Source: Antedon mediterranea
Lineage: Eukaryota; Animalia; Echinodermata
Direction of reading: 5' to 3'
DNA length: 64,000 nt
NCBI RefSeq assembly: GCF_964355755.1
Contig: NC_092671.1
Location: 11,346,001 to 11,410,000, forward strand
Of this stretch, positions 41,136 to 55,118 are shown piece by piece. The notes under the pieces were generated by a model that searched no databases, was not told the DNA's origin, and saw only the letters and a program-made list of their open reading frames with translations. A program made the position numbers and the translations under genes. The first letter of the stretch is position 1. The number at the start of each line of letters is the position of its first letter.

Positions 41136-41697
41136 TTTCTTTTTTTTCGCGTGTGAAAATCTCCTCTTGAGGATGAAGTCTTTCTCATGATTGTTGTCCG
41201 TGCTTAAAAAATTCCTAATGCAAAAGCTTTCGATAATTTAGAGCTCACTTGTAATCAAGCTATATACATATTAAATGAAATCATAAATCATGAAAATAAA
41301 CAATGCTGATACTTCTGTTTTTCGTGATCATTACATCACACATCGTGCCCAGCAGACTCTAACCCCGATATTTATTCTGTTGAATAGATATGTTCGAAAT
41401 GGATCACACCATTTAGTTTGTCGTTAAAGTTAGACTGAAAGATGAAATAAATTTCGTTTCGGAAAAGACATAAATGTAAACCTATAGTAGGTTATTTTTT
41501 AATTAGCTACAAGTACAACCTGTTACTGCTATTTGACATATTCCCTTCTATACATAAATGTTTTGAACACATTGCTTAGTTTCACGGCGATTTAAATATC
41601 TAGATACAACCCAAACCCAGACGAAATTAACTAAAGCTGGCATGAGAACCAATATAACGATTTAATCACTATTTCAAATTGCTACATTTTTTTATTC

Positions 41698-44600
41698 TTA
41701 AGTATTGGCTGCTCCTTGCATCTGAAGACTTTCAAAATCTTTATTCCCTCTTATGTTGTTTTTCCTGTAATAATAAAACAAGAATATAAGTTACACGGTG
41801 TCATCGGTAATCGGAAATAAGTTTAAAGGTAAAAGTAAAGTACTGTTTTTACCTTGTAATCATTTCCGCTTCTTCTATAGTCTGCGGCAGTGGCACATTT
41901 AAAGTTTCCGGCAGAAGAAGTGCCACCAGTCCAGAAGTCACTGACGTAAAACTGAACGCCACCAGCGGCAGAGGTGCCCATACTTTTTCGAGGAAAAGAA
42001 TCTGAGGGGCAAGCATTCCAGCCACTCGTGAAAAGAGGGAGCATATTCCTAAACCGGTGCTTCTGTAAACACATAAAATTACGTTGTAAATGTCACATGT
42101 ATTGACACAATGTGCACCAAAAGAACGGGTGCTGTGTGTTTTTTTTGGAAAACCAATCATTTTGCAAAGACCAGACAACATTCAGGAACATTAATATTAT
42201 TGTACGAACTTAGCATATTATTGCTTGTGAAAATAAATGTATTTAACTTGCCTAATATTCGTTGGAAAAAGTTCAACAGTATATATATAAACAATTCCAA
42301 ATGCAGATGTAATGAAAAACTTGCCAATCATTGCTAAAGATGTTCTGAAAGCCACGAGTGTTACCGCTGAAAGTGTACAAACATCATTATTATTACTCTA
42401 AATAAATGGCTTTATAAAAGCAACACGTTGCTCAAAAAATTGAAAATTTGAATCGACCTGAAAAATACATTGTTAAATTATCTTAGTAATAATTGTAGTA
42501 TAATAAAAAGGTAGAATTTTGATTGTCAGTAGGCTAAATAATACCGTATGCTCGATTATAATCCCACGCACTAATTTAGGCTAAATTCGGACACTATTTG
42601 GTGGTGGTACGTGACTTTCAATAGAGCATTCATCGATGTTGAACGAATCTAGACTTACGGATCCATATATTGATGAAACAAGCGACACCACCAGCAACAA
42701 GGGTACCTGCTAGTGAACATCGTCTGCCCAGCTTCTGAATAAAGAACCAAGTGAACAGGCAGGCCAACAACTCGGTAACACCACCCAAGAAAGTTCCAAT
42801 GTATACGTCGACGTTTAGACCCTCAACACCATACGTCAAACCATAGTAGGCAAGGTTAACGGCAAACCTATTTTAAACATTAGTTTAAACAAAATTTAGT
42901 TTTAGTTGGAATCTATCAAAAAAATATCTCTGATATGGCTGTAATGGCATGGCATTAAATTCTTACCTTTTCAACTTTTTCACAGAGTTTTCGAGCGGAA
43001 TACATGAAAATAGTTTAAATACACAAATAAACAAGAAATATGTCGTACCAACTATATGTGATGTAAACAGTTTTTCTTCTCATCTGTGTATATCGAAGTA
43101 TAATCAACGGACTAGTCTTTGTACTTTCACTTGAATCCTATAATAAAAATACATGCGTTTTATGTCCCATTTTGTTTTATTAACTTTCGTTTATTCAACT
43201 AAAGATGTGTTGTCCCCAACAACATGAAAAATAAAATCAGATTTTCAATAGATTATTTTGTAGTTTTAATAACGTTAATCACTTTCGTCGAAAACGGAAA
43301 AAATTAATGTTTTCACTTATAAAATGACAGAATAAATGGTTAAATTCAACCACAAACCCCATTGGCTGGCAGCCAATTTAATTTTTTTTTTTTGCTCTTA
43401 TGTACAGTTTTTAGGTAAATACATTTTTTTCAATCTAATTTTTGGTGTAAGTAGTGGATAGCTATTAGGTGACATTGAAATGGCATAGGCCTATTGAAAA
43501 AAAAAATTGAAGAATTATTTTTCAGGGCAGGGGTGGCGGATACAATACATCTTTAAAAACCCATAAAATCACACAAAACGAGGAACCAGTCATACATGCC
43601 TTTTTTGCATGGTTGTGACCCTTCCCGTAAAACTGTTAGGAATAAATACAAACTAACATACTAACCTCTATTCAGGGGAGAATTTCACATTACGTACGTT
43701 GTGCTCATAATATTTGGTTCGCGTTCGGTATATGAACGCGTCTAATAATACTCTGCTAATACGATGACATTTTGTCAGCAAAATAAATATTTTAAATAAC
43801 TTACACATCCAACTTCTAAATTGTCCAATATGTCATCCGGTAAATCTCCAACTTTATTTCTTTTCGCAATTTTTTGAATAACAAGTTTTGCTTCTTCAGT
43901 TTTCCCTTTGGCAAGAAGCCACCGAGGTGACTCTGGAATAAAACTGTAAAAACGATCAAACTTTGAATTTAGAAATTAATTTCTGGATTACCTACCAGTC
44001 ACCGAAACATACAACATAAAATATTATAATACCAACATTGTTTGACCATAATTATTTTTTTAATGTTTATAGGAAATTGTTACCATAAAAGCAAATAAAT
44101 TCACAGAGCTAATAATCACATGATGCTTCCTAAACAAAGTCTTAAGTTTTTTTTTAGTAGAGTTGGTTTTTTTTTGTCATAATAAAAAAACCTGACAATT
44201 TACACGATTTGACCCTAATGTACGATCAATATACAAATTAGGCTACAACTACATGTTACAACAGCTAATTATATTTCCTGTGTACATTCATTTAAAGATC
44301 AGATGTAATATATCAATTCACATTACTCTTTACATGTTTTCCGTTTTTAATTGATAAAATATAATTATCGTTCAATCGTTCTTACAAGTAAAGCAACAGC
44401 AGAGGGGAAAGGGAAATACTGAAAGTCATGAAAAGCTTGTCCCATGATCTAATGAAATAAGCAATCGGAGCTAACATCATTATGCCAAAGCACCAATAGA
44501 TCATGACAATGATAGACACCATGGCTCTTCTTGATGGAGGAACTAATTCCGTGACTGAAAATAATAACAGAGAAAAAAAAACAATATTTTAATACAAATT

Positions 44601-47600
44601 GTCTCTATTACTATCAGGACAGTCGGACCGACAGAAAATATATTGGAAATGTTCATTGTATGCCCGTGACAAACAGTTATCTCATCAAAATATTATTATT
44701 TAGCTTAAAAGGTCGGGGCATTACCGAGTACCTATATTATGTTGTTTTAATCAGGCATGCTACTGTAGTAGGGACCTTAGAATTGCAACGACCAACCTCT
44801 AGGGCCTAGGCATACCGTGCCGTTTTTCGTCCCATGTCCCTACATGCACACAATTAATTAACTATGGCGTAAATCGAAAGCTCCTACAACCAAACAGTGA
44901 TTGAATCAATATCAATCAATAATTATGTCGTCCTAATAATTCTTTTTTCTGTCTGAAGTCTCAATATTGAGGAGATTTTACGTGAATGTTGGTACACTGT
45001 GCAGTATTACCTATCGTCAGATCTGAATATACCATTTGAATTGTTTTTGTTAAGGTGGTCATAGTTTTTGTAATATGTACAAGTGGTTTTTTTTCGCAAC
45101 GGTTTAGATTATGAATTTTAAAGATAAAATATTATTCCTACCGTATGTGAATACTGAAACATATAACCCAATATCAGCTAATCCGCCCAGGAAGCGGAAA
45201 CTCACATACATCTCATATGATTTCGACAGACTGCATAACATCGTGAATGATAAAGCCAATGCAAAGCCTAAAAATACTCCTTTTCTTCTTCCTAGACTAA
45301 CAATTGAGATTTATAAAATGGTAGTAGTGTAACGAAATGAATGAATAAGAATCACACAGTAGTCTAAGATTACTTAAGATTAAACTACACTCAAACATGG
45401 ATTAAGGAATAGACTCGAAAGCACATATAATTAGGAAAATCGCGAAAACCATTTTTTAAACAAGAACAATCAGAGAGTTGCAACATCCACCAGGAGTAAC
45501 AGGTATCAAGAATCGTGAAAAACATACTTCTTGTATAGTTACGGCCTAAAATTAGTAAAAGAATAACAAGCGGTCTAGAATTGTTATCCTAGTGCAGAAT
45601 GCCTCCAAAGTTGAATGGCATGATACTATTATGACGGTACCGAATTCTTTCATTTATTTAAAACTTACAAATCACAAAGAAGTCCGAATAGAATAGAACC
45701 AACAAAGAAGCCTGCTAGGTACAAGGATGACGCCAAGGACACCAAATAACTATCTTCACACACCAGGTCAAACTACCAAAATATAATGCATATTATATAA
45801 ATATTTATTGTTGACACTAATAAGGCATTGTTGTGATGTATTGGAACAACTCCTGAAATATAGGTAACAATGATTTTAGAATGATTGGAAAATAATATTC
45901 ATCTGGTTTGAAGATACGATATTTTAACAATCTATTTTGATTCGTTTTTCGATAAACCAAAATTAGTTACTGACCTGACTGACAGTTTCACTACTCCTTT
46001 CACAAACAGTCAGTCAGGTCAGTAACTAATTTTGGTTTGTAAAAATACTAGATTTTTAAAATAATGATTTTAGAAGTTATATATCATAATATACGGTAAT
46101 GTGGGCTGAAACGGCCGGTAAGTATATAGGCCTACTGTTGTTGGTGGCATTCAGTATCATTTATTCGGTCTATTTCAATTATACTTTAAAAAAACCTGAA
46201 ATTGGGAAGACTAGGATTAACATTAAATGATCTATTATTGCTGTTATTTCACATGGCAATCAAGTAGGCCTATTCTTTTTTTCATGGGAAATCGTTTGAA
46301 CTCACTAAGCTCGCTCATATACTAGGGATGAGTTAGGCCTAATTTAACTCTTCTCTGATCATATTGTTTTTCACATAAGTATTCACCACGAGCTAAACTT
46401 TATTGTTCATATACACAATGACAGTTTTTAATATAAGCTACTCCAACGAAACCGTTTCTAAAATCTAAAACTAATCTCTATTTTGATTTGTAATAATCTA
46501 ACTCAATAAGTAATCCACACAATAGAGCATGCATTAGGAGAGACACCGTTACTTTAAGCAGTCTATAAATGCCAATGGCTTATTGTTAAATAACTTTAAT
46601 GTGTATACAGTATTAATACATACGTCATATGGATTAGTATGTCACTTCGAAGTTTGTTTTTTGACCAGCATAATGCAGGAGTGGCGCCAGGATCTTCCCG
46701 ACGCGGGGGCTACATTCCCCGACGAGGGGACTATGCGAGCGAAGCGAGCATCACTAGGCTGGGTGCCAGGGACCTCATTTGAGGTCATTTTAATCAGATT
46801 TAGGGTAGCCATTTTTTCCATTTTTTATAATGCATAAATAAAATACTGCGTGCAAAAAAACGATGCGCGATGACTGTTTCAATCCATATTTTTCAATTTA
46901 AAAAATAAAAGTTCAAAGAAAATTTAGAAAAATAGAGTTGGAGGTCCCGGAAATTGGACTTATTATACTTCAAAACATGAAACAAAATATATAAGTCCCT
47001 ATCAACGTTGTGACTGAGCTAAGAAATGTTTGAAAAATAGAGATGTTAGGTCCCGAAAAATGCACTTTTTGTACTTCGAAATATTACCAGCTTTATTGTT
47101 GGGGCTGAGCTAAGAAACTGTTTAAAACTAGAGCTGCAGGTCTTCAAAAAATTGCATTTTATACTTCGGAAACATCAGGCATAGAGGCTTAAAAAACGCA
47201 AGCGTAGACCTTTTTCAGTCGAGGAAATAAGTTTATTCCTCCCAAGTGTATGCGTGCGTACCATCTGGACTTCCGAGTGGTGAGAAATTCATGACATACA
47301 GGACATTGAAAATGTAATAACTTAGCTATAATAAGATGTTGGCTAAGCGAAAATGGCATGTTTTTTTGTTTAGTAATGAATGAAAAATTTATTTTAGGTG
47401 CCCCACGGTACAGAATGTTACTTGTAAATTTAAAAAATTGGTGAACATACGAACAATTAACATAATTCGTTTTTGCTGTAGTGTAGCGTACGTCGACGCA
47501 GTACACGACGTAACCGTCAGTAAACTTCGCCTGGAAAATAACTACAGTACACCGACATTTTGGTCCCTGGATGGAACATGATATCACGCGTCTCGACCCA

Positions 47601-50600
47601 ACGTTGAACGATTCGTACAAAGGGATACCGCCAGACAAGTGCGAACCTAGCTATTGTTTAGTAGTAAGTTAGATCGCTGGCAATAATGAGTGCATATAAA
47701 GTGCATAATATCACATTGACGTACTCTCTCACGGTCAATGAAACGTCGCGGTTTTCTAGGCGCTGAAGCTAGCTACGAAGTGAACGCGAACGCTTTTTAC
47801 TGTATATTATATTCCCCGACAAAAAGTACCCGTGTTTCCTTCGGTAACCGTCGGTAAACTTCGCCTGGAAAATAACTACATTACACATTTTGGTCCCTGG
47901 ATGGAACTTGATATCACGCGTCTCGACCCAACGTTGAACGATTCGTACAAAGGGATACCGCCAGACAAGTGCGTACCTAGCTAATGTTTAGTAGTAAGTT
48001 AGATCGCTGGCAATAAATGAATGCATAAAAGTGCATAATAGCCCTCTGACGTACTCTCACGTACGGTGGCCCACAACTGTCACGCACACTATATAAATCA
48101 TATTCACACAATTAAAGAAGAAATCACACAATTAAAGAAGAAATCACACAATTAAAGAAGGAATCGCATATAAACAAAAGAAAGCATGAAAATATAAAAC
48201 GAAATGCACAAATAAAGAAGAAACGCGCAATTAAAGAAGAGCTAAGCACAATTAAAGAAGTCCGCAGCAAATTCGAAAGCTCCTCGCACAATTAAAGAAG
48301 TCCGCAACAAATTCGAAAGCTCCTCCCACAATTAAAGAAGTTCGCAACAAAATCAAAAGCTCCTCGCACAATTAAAGAAGTCCGCAACAAATTCGAAAGT
48401 ACCTCGCACAATTAAAGAAGTTCGCAACAAATTCGAAAGCTCCTCACACAATTAAAGAAGTCCGCAACAAATTCGAAAGTACCTCGCACAATTAAAGTAC
48501 CGTAGTCCGTATGGAACGCCATCGCTGCCTCCGGCAGCAAAATCTAATTCTATTCGGCTCTTTTACCATTACGTTCGGCTCTTTTACCATTCGGCGCATT
48601 TCTATTCGGCCTTTTTACCATTACCTTCGGCTCTTTCAGCATTCGGCGCATTTCTATTTGGTCCATTTACCATTACGTTCGGCTCTTTCAGCATTCGGCT
48701 CTTTTTATTCGGCCCATTTACCATTACATTCGGCTCTTTCAGCATTCGGCTCTTTTTTATTCGGCCCATTTAACATTACGTTCGGCTCTTTTTGATTCGG
48801 CCCTTTTTTATTCGGCTCTTTCTGAATTACGTTGGGCTCTTTTTAAATCGGCATTTTTTTATATGGTGCAATTAAAATCTAACCTTTGACATGGGGTCAA
48901 ATGGAAGAAAATCAATGACTGGAAATGAGTCTATGAAAAGTTTACAAACATTTGATCATCATGGCGCCAACCATGAGTAGCCAACCGATTAAAGATGTGT
49001 TGAATAACCTAAAATTAATTCATCTTTTAACAAATTTTTAGAGAGAAAGGGTAAATTATTATTATTAAATGTTAGGCTGACACTAGGCTAGGCCTAGCTA
49101 GCCTAGGCCATGAATCAAACCTTTTCTCTCTCAAAATGGTCAATAAGGTTGGACAATTGCAAGTTTTCTAACTAACACATTAATCATGTCAATAAAATGA
49201 TTAGTTATATTGAAATAGCCTTCAAATTCATTTAATTCAACCAACAATCTACATGCTGCATCTATATGTTTTGTAAACTTTTCATAGACTCATTTCCAGC
49301 CGTTGATTTTCTTCCATTTGATCCCATGTAAAAGGTTAGAATTGAATTGCGCCGTATAAAAAAGGGCCAAATCAAAAAGAGCCGAACGTAATGCAGAAAG
49401 AGCCGAATAAAAAAGGGCCGAATTAAAAAGAGCCGAACGTAATGGTAAATGGGCCGAATAAAAAAGAGCCGAATGCTGAAAGAGCCGAACGTAATGGTAA
49501 ATGGGCCAAATAGAAATGCGCCGAATGCTGAAAGAGCCGAACGAAATGGTAAATGGGCCGAATAGAAATGCGCCGAATGCTAAAAGAGCCGAACGTAATG
49601 GTAAAAGAGCCGAATAGAATTAAAATTTGCTGCCGGAGGCAGCAATGGCGTTCCATACGGACTACTGTACTTTAATTGTGTGTGAAGTACTTTTGAATTT
49701 GTTGCGGAATTCTTTAATTGTGCGAGGAGCTTTCGAATTTGTTGCGGACTTCTTTAATTGTGCGAGGAGCTTTCGAATTTGTTGCGGACTTCTTTAATTG
49801 TGCTTAGCTCTTCTTTAATTGCGCGTTTCTTCTTTATTTGTGCATTTCGTTTTATATTTTCATGCTTTCTTTTGTTTATATGCGATTTCTTCTTTAATTG
49901 TGCGATTTCTTCTTTAATTGTGTGATTCCTTCTTTAATTGTGTAGTTCCTTCTTTAATTGTGTGATTCTGTGTTATAGTGTGCGTGACAGTTGTGGGCCA
50001 CCGTACTCACGGTCAATGGAACGTCGTGGTTTTCTAGGCGCTGAAGCTATATGAAGTGAACGCGAACGTTTTTTACTGTATATTATATTCCCCGACAAAA
50101 AGTACCCGTGTTCCCCGACATTGGGGGAGGGGGGCTAGGCTCCCCGACGAGGGGCTAGAGCCCCCGTAGCCCCCCCCCCCCCCCAATGGCGCCACCACTG
50201 GCATAATGTGCAAAAAAAAACAATATTATCTTTAATTCAACATTATATCTATTTAATGTTTTTATGGTTTTATTCATCTGTAAACCATAATCCTTCTTTC
50301 TTAAGATTTGTTCTACCTCTTGATGAACACAAAATAAACAATCTTACCTCAGACACAATAGTGGAATCATACCGTGATCGATCGAAAGCCCATCCATGTT
50401 CACAATCAATCAGTTCAGTCGTATCATTTGCATACATTCTACATTGTGTTTCGTTAATTAATAGTGTCCCCTCATCATCAGGTGGAAGACTCATGCTATC
50501 GTTTGTATTCCAGCAGTCACCGAGATAAAGCTCGCTACAATTAGCTTCATCTGGAGGCTTGCAATGGTGATCCATATTTCCACTGATAAACACCGTTGAT

Positions 50601-50707
50601 ATATTAGTAAACGAATTCAAAAATATAAGACAGCATATTGACAATGTCACCAGTTTGTGATAGAGACCATATTCACCAATGTATTTAAAGATGTTATCAA
50701 ACTTCAT
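41698..50707 (-). CDS. SLC22 organic cation transporter-like, copy B (10 exons; intron 1 enlarged by nested transposons)
   Basis: Same exon set as copy A; exon 1 is 50707-50348 and the stop is at 41698-41700. Confidence 0.88.
46676..50200. mobile_element. Non-autonomous hAT-like DNA transposon, 8-bp TSD
   Basis: TIRs CAGGAGTGGCGCCA / TGGCGCCACCACTG and TSD GCATAATG on both sides. The empty site is visible in copy D (~60854). There are internal ~330-bp direct repeats. Confidence 0.9.
48062..50005. mobile_element. Foldback-type element with very long modular TIRs, TACGG termini and 6-bp TSD (IS3EU-like)
   Basis: Ends TACGGTGGCCCACAACTGTCACGCACACTATA / TATAGTGTGCGTGACAGTTGTGGGCCACCGTA with TSD CTCACG. 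Arms span ~48062-48950 and ~49265-50005. Confidence 0.85.
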
Positions 50708-50717
50708 AGTGTGGTAC

Positions 50718-51002
50718 TGGCAGTATACTTATCCAACAACCAAACCTGACGCTACTGATCCATTGATAGGATTGGTTCTATTGTGTGTAGGCTACAGTTG
50801 TTACAAATTAACATAGCACAAGACCATTTATATAGAATACCTTTAAATGCATCAGCGCGCAATTATTGTGTTTCTAGTTTGGTACTTATTCAACAACCAA
50901 ACCTGACACTACTGATCCCTGGATAGGATTGGTTCTATTGTGTGTAGGCTACAATTGTTACAAATTAACATAGCACAAGACCATATATAGAATACCTTTA
51001 AA
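50718..51002. repeat. ~125-bp duplication of the SLC22 copy B 5' flank
   Basis: TACTTAT.CAACAACCAAACCTGAC...GAATACCTTTAAA occurs twice. Confidence 0.75.
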
Positions 51003-51220
51003 CAGTGGCGTATCCAGTAGGGGGGGCCGGGCCCCCCTGATTTCGTTTCCGTCGGCACATCATCGCGGCCGTCGGCAAACAAAGGTGCCGGGGAAAAAAA
51101 TAAACTATTTATTCTGACAATAATTGAACTGTAAACATAATTCTTTTGAGTGTTTGTTTATTTATATATCATATCATCATTGATCCCTTCAGATCAACTA
51201 TTTTTTATTTTCATTACATC
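51003..51220. mobile_element. Single end of an hAT-like element at the copy C truncation point
   Basis: Starts CAGTGGCGTATCCAG after CCTTTAAA, with subterminal CCGTCGGCA repeats. No second TIR is present, and the sequence fuses to SLC22 intron 4. Confidence 0.55.
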
Positions 51221-51585
51221 TAATAATACCAACATTGTTTGACCATAATTATTTTTTTAATGTTTATAGGAAATTGTTACCATAAAAGCAAATAAATTCA
51301 CAGAGCTAATAATCACATGATGCTTCCTAAACAAAGTCTTAAGTTTTTTTTTAGTAGAGTTGGGTTTTTTATTTGTCATAAGAAAAAAACCTGACAATTT
51401 ACACGATTTGACCCTAATGTACGATCAATATACAAGTTAGGCTACAACTACATGTTACAACAGCTAATTATATTTCCTGTGTACATTCATTTAAAGATAA
51501 CATGTAATATATCAATTCACAATTACTCTTTACATGTTTTCCGTTTTTAATTTATAAAATACAATTATAATACAATCGTTCTTAC

Positions 51586-54500
51586 AAGTAAAGCAACAGC
51601 AGAGGGGAAAGGGAAATGCTGAAAGTCAAGAAAAGCTTGTCCCATGATCTAATGAAATAAGCAATCGGAGCTAACATCATTATGCCAAAGCACCAATAGA
51701 TCATGACAATGATAGACACCATGGCTCTTCTTGATGGAGGAACTAATTCCGTGACTGAAAATAATAACAGAGAAAAAAAACAATATTTTAATACAAATTG
51801 TCTGTATTACTATCAGGACAGTCGGACCGACAGAAAATATATTGGAAATGTTCATTGTATGCCCGTGACAAACAGTTATCTCATCAAAATATTATTATTT
51901 AGCTTAAAAGGTCTGGGCATTACCGAGAAATTGTATTATGTTGTTTTTATCAGGCATGCTACTGTAGTAGGGACATTAGAACTGCGACGATCAACCTCTA
52001 AGGTCTAGGCATACCAACCTCTAGGGCCTAGGCATACCAACCTCTAGGGCCTAGGCATACCAACCTCTAGGGCCTAGGTATACCAACCTCTAGGGCCTAG
52101 GAGGCATACCAACCTCTAGGGCCTAGGCATACCAACCTCTAGGGCCTAGGCATACCAACCTCTAGGGCCTAGGCATACCAACCTCTAGGGCCAAGGCATA
52201 CCAACCTCTAGGGCCTAGGCATACCAACCTCTAGGGCCTAGCTAGGCATACCAACCTCTAAGGCCTAGGCATACCAACCTCTAAGGCCTAGGCATACCAA
52301 CCTCTAGGGCCTAGGCATACCAACCTCTAGGGCCTAGACATACCAACCTCTAGGGCCTAGGCATACCAACCTCTAGGGCCTAGGCATACCAACCTCTAGG
52401 GGGTCTAGGCATACCAACCTCTAGGGCCTAGGCATACCAACCTCTAGGGCCTAGGCATACCAACCTCTAGGGCCTAGGCATACCAACATCTAAGGCCTAG
52501 GCATACCAACCTCTAGGGCCTAGGCATACCAACCTCTAGGGCCTAGGCATACCAACCTCTAGGGCCTAGGCATACCAACCTCTAGGGCCTAGGCATACCA
52601 ACCTCTAGGGCCTAGGCATACCAACCTCTAGGGCCTAGGCATACCAACCTCTAGGGCCTAGGCATACCAACCTCTAGGGCCTAGGCATACCGTGCCGTTT
52701 TTCGTGCCATGTCCCTACATGCACACAATGGCGTAAATCGAAAGCTCCTTAATTATGTCGTCCTAATAATTCTTTTTTCTGTCTGAAGTCTCAATATTGA
52801 GGAGATTTTACGTGAATGTTGGTACACTGTGCAGTATTACCTATCTTCAGATCTGAATACACCATTTTAATTGTATTTTTTAAGTTGGTCAACGGTGTAA
52901 AAAAAGAATTTTAATGTTATTAAAATATTATCCTACCGTATGTGAAGACCGAAACATTTAACCCAATATCAGATATTCCGCTCAGGAAGCGGAAACTCAC
53001 ATACATCACATATGATTTCGACAGACTGCATAACATCGTGAATGATAAAGTCAGTGCAAGGCCTAAAAACGCTCCTTTTCTTCTTCCTAGACTAACAATT
53101 GAGATTTATAAAATGTGAGTAGTGTAACGAAATGAATGAATAAGAATTTAAAAGTTTAAATTTAAACTACAATCAAACATGGATTAAGGAATAGATCTAT
53201 AGAATCTATTCATTAATCCATGACTCAAAATCGGATATAATTAGGAACCTTGCGGAAAATCGCGAAGACCATTATTTTAACAAGAGCAATCAGAAAGCTG
53301 CAACCTCCACCAGGAGTAACAAGTATCAAGAATCGTGATAAACATTCTTCTTGTATAGTTACGGCCTAAAATTAGTAAAATAATAAAAAGTGGTCTAGAA
53401 TTGTTATCCTAGTCCAGAATGCCTCCAATATTTAATACTAATAATAATATTGATACTATTATGAAGGTACCGAAATCTTTCATTTATTTAAAACTTACAA
53501 ATCACAAAGAAGTCCGAATAGAATAGAACCAACAAAGAAGCCTGCTAGGTACAACGATGACGCCAAGGACACCAAATAACTGTCTTCACATACCAGGTCA
53601 AACTACCAAAATATAATGCATATTATATAAATATTTATTGTTCACACTAATAAGGCATTGTTGTGATGTTTTGGAACAACTCCTGAAATATAGGTAACAA
53701 TGATTTTAGAATGATTGGAAAATGTTCATCTGGTTTGAAGATACGATATTTTAAAAATCTATTTTGACAAACCAAAATTAGTTACTGACCTGACTGACAG
53801 TTTCAATGTTCCTTTCTCGAGTCAGGTCAGTAACTCCTTTTGGTTTATCAAAATAGATTTTTTTAATGATTATAATAAATAAATAATTATTCAGTCTATT
53901 TCAATATATACATAAAAAAACAGACATTCAGGATTAACATAAATATATTATAGCTGTTATTTCAAAAAGTCAATCAAGTACTCTCCCTTTTTCTGTGGCA
54001 ATCGTTTGGAATCACTAGTGCTCGCTCATATACGAGGGAAGAGTTAATTTCACTCTTCCCTGCACATACAAATGTTTTTTACAAAAGTATTCACCACGAG
54101 CTAAACTTTACTGTTCATATACACAATGGCAGTTTTGAATATAAGGTACTCCAACGCAACCGTTTCTAAAATCTAAAACTAATCTCTATTTTGTTTTATA
54201 ATAATTATTATTTAACACAATAGAGCATGCATTAGGGGAGACACAGTGACTTCAACCAGTCTATAAATACCAATGTTTATAGACTGTTAATAACTTATCA
54301 GTGTGTATATTAATACATACGCCATATGGGTTAGTATGTTATTTCTAAGTTTGTTTTTCGACCAGCATAATGATAATACAATAACAAACAAACCAAATAA
54401 TAACAATGTTGACATTTTAACTTTATTATCATTTATATTTACAATTCAACATTATATCTATTTAAAGTATTTATGGTGTTTTTTATCCATAAAAACCATA

Positions 54501-54918
54501 ATCCTCCTTTCTTGAGTTTTGTTCTACCTCTTGATGAACACAAAATAAACAATCTTACCTCAGACACAATAGTGGAATCATACCGTGATCGATCGTAAGC
54601 CCATCCATGTTCACAATCAATCGGTTCAGTCGTATCATTTGCATACATTCTACATTGTGTTTCGTTAATTAATAGTGTCCCCTCATCATCAGGTGGAAGA
54701 CTCATGCTATCGTTTGTATTCCAGCAGTCACCGAGATAAAGCTCGCTACAATTAGCTTCATCTGGAGGCTTGCAATGGTGATCCATATTTCCACTGATAA
54801 ACACGGTTGATATATTAGTAAACGAATTCAAAAATATAAGACAGCATATTGACAATGTCACCAGTTTGTGATAGAGACCATATTCACCAATGTATTTAAA
54901 GACGTTATCAAACTTCAT
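51586..54918 (-). pseudogene. SLC22 copy C, exons 1-4 only (3'-truncated)
   Basis: Near-identical to copy A 37808-40497. Homology stops at ~51222 inside intron 4, and exons 5-10 are absent. Confidence 0.85.
51993..52690. repeat. ~30 x 23-bp minisatellite
   Basis: Unit CAACCTCTAGGGCCTAGGCATAC. Confidence 0.95.
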
Positions 54919-55118
54919 AGTATTATTAGATTGGTACCTATTCAACAACCAATCCTGACGCTACTGATCCCTGGATAGGGTTTGTTCTATTGTGTGTAGA
55001 CTATAGTTGTTACAAATGTTAGTTATTAAAATATTAACACAAGTCTAAATGCATCACCGCGCAATCCCTCTTTCAAGTTTAACTTAACTTTAACTATTGT
55101 ACTATTTTTTGAAAACAA

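Noticed and set aside
47189-47638. 149-aa ORF within the hAT-like element
   Set aside because: No recognisable transposase motifs, and it overlaps the internal direct repeat.
48511-49656. Two similar ORFs starting MERH on opposite strands
   Set aside because: They are mirror translations of the satellite-rich foldback arms, with no transposase motifs.
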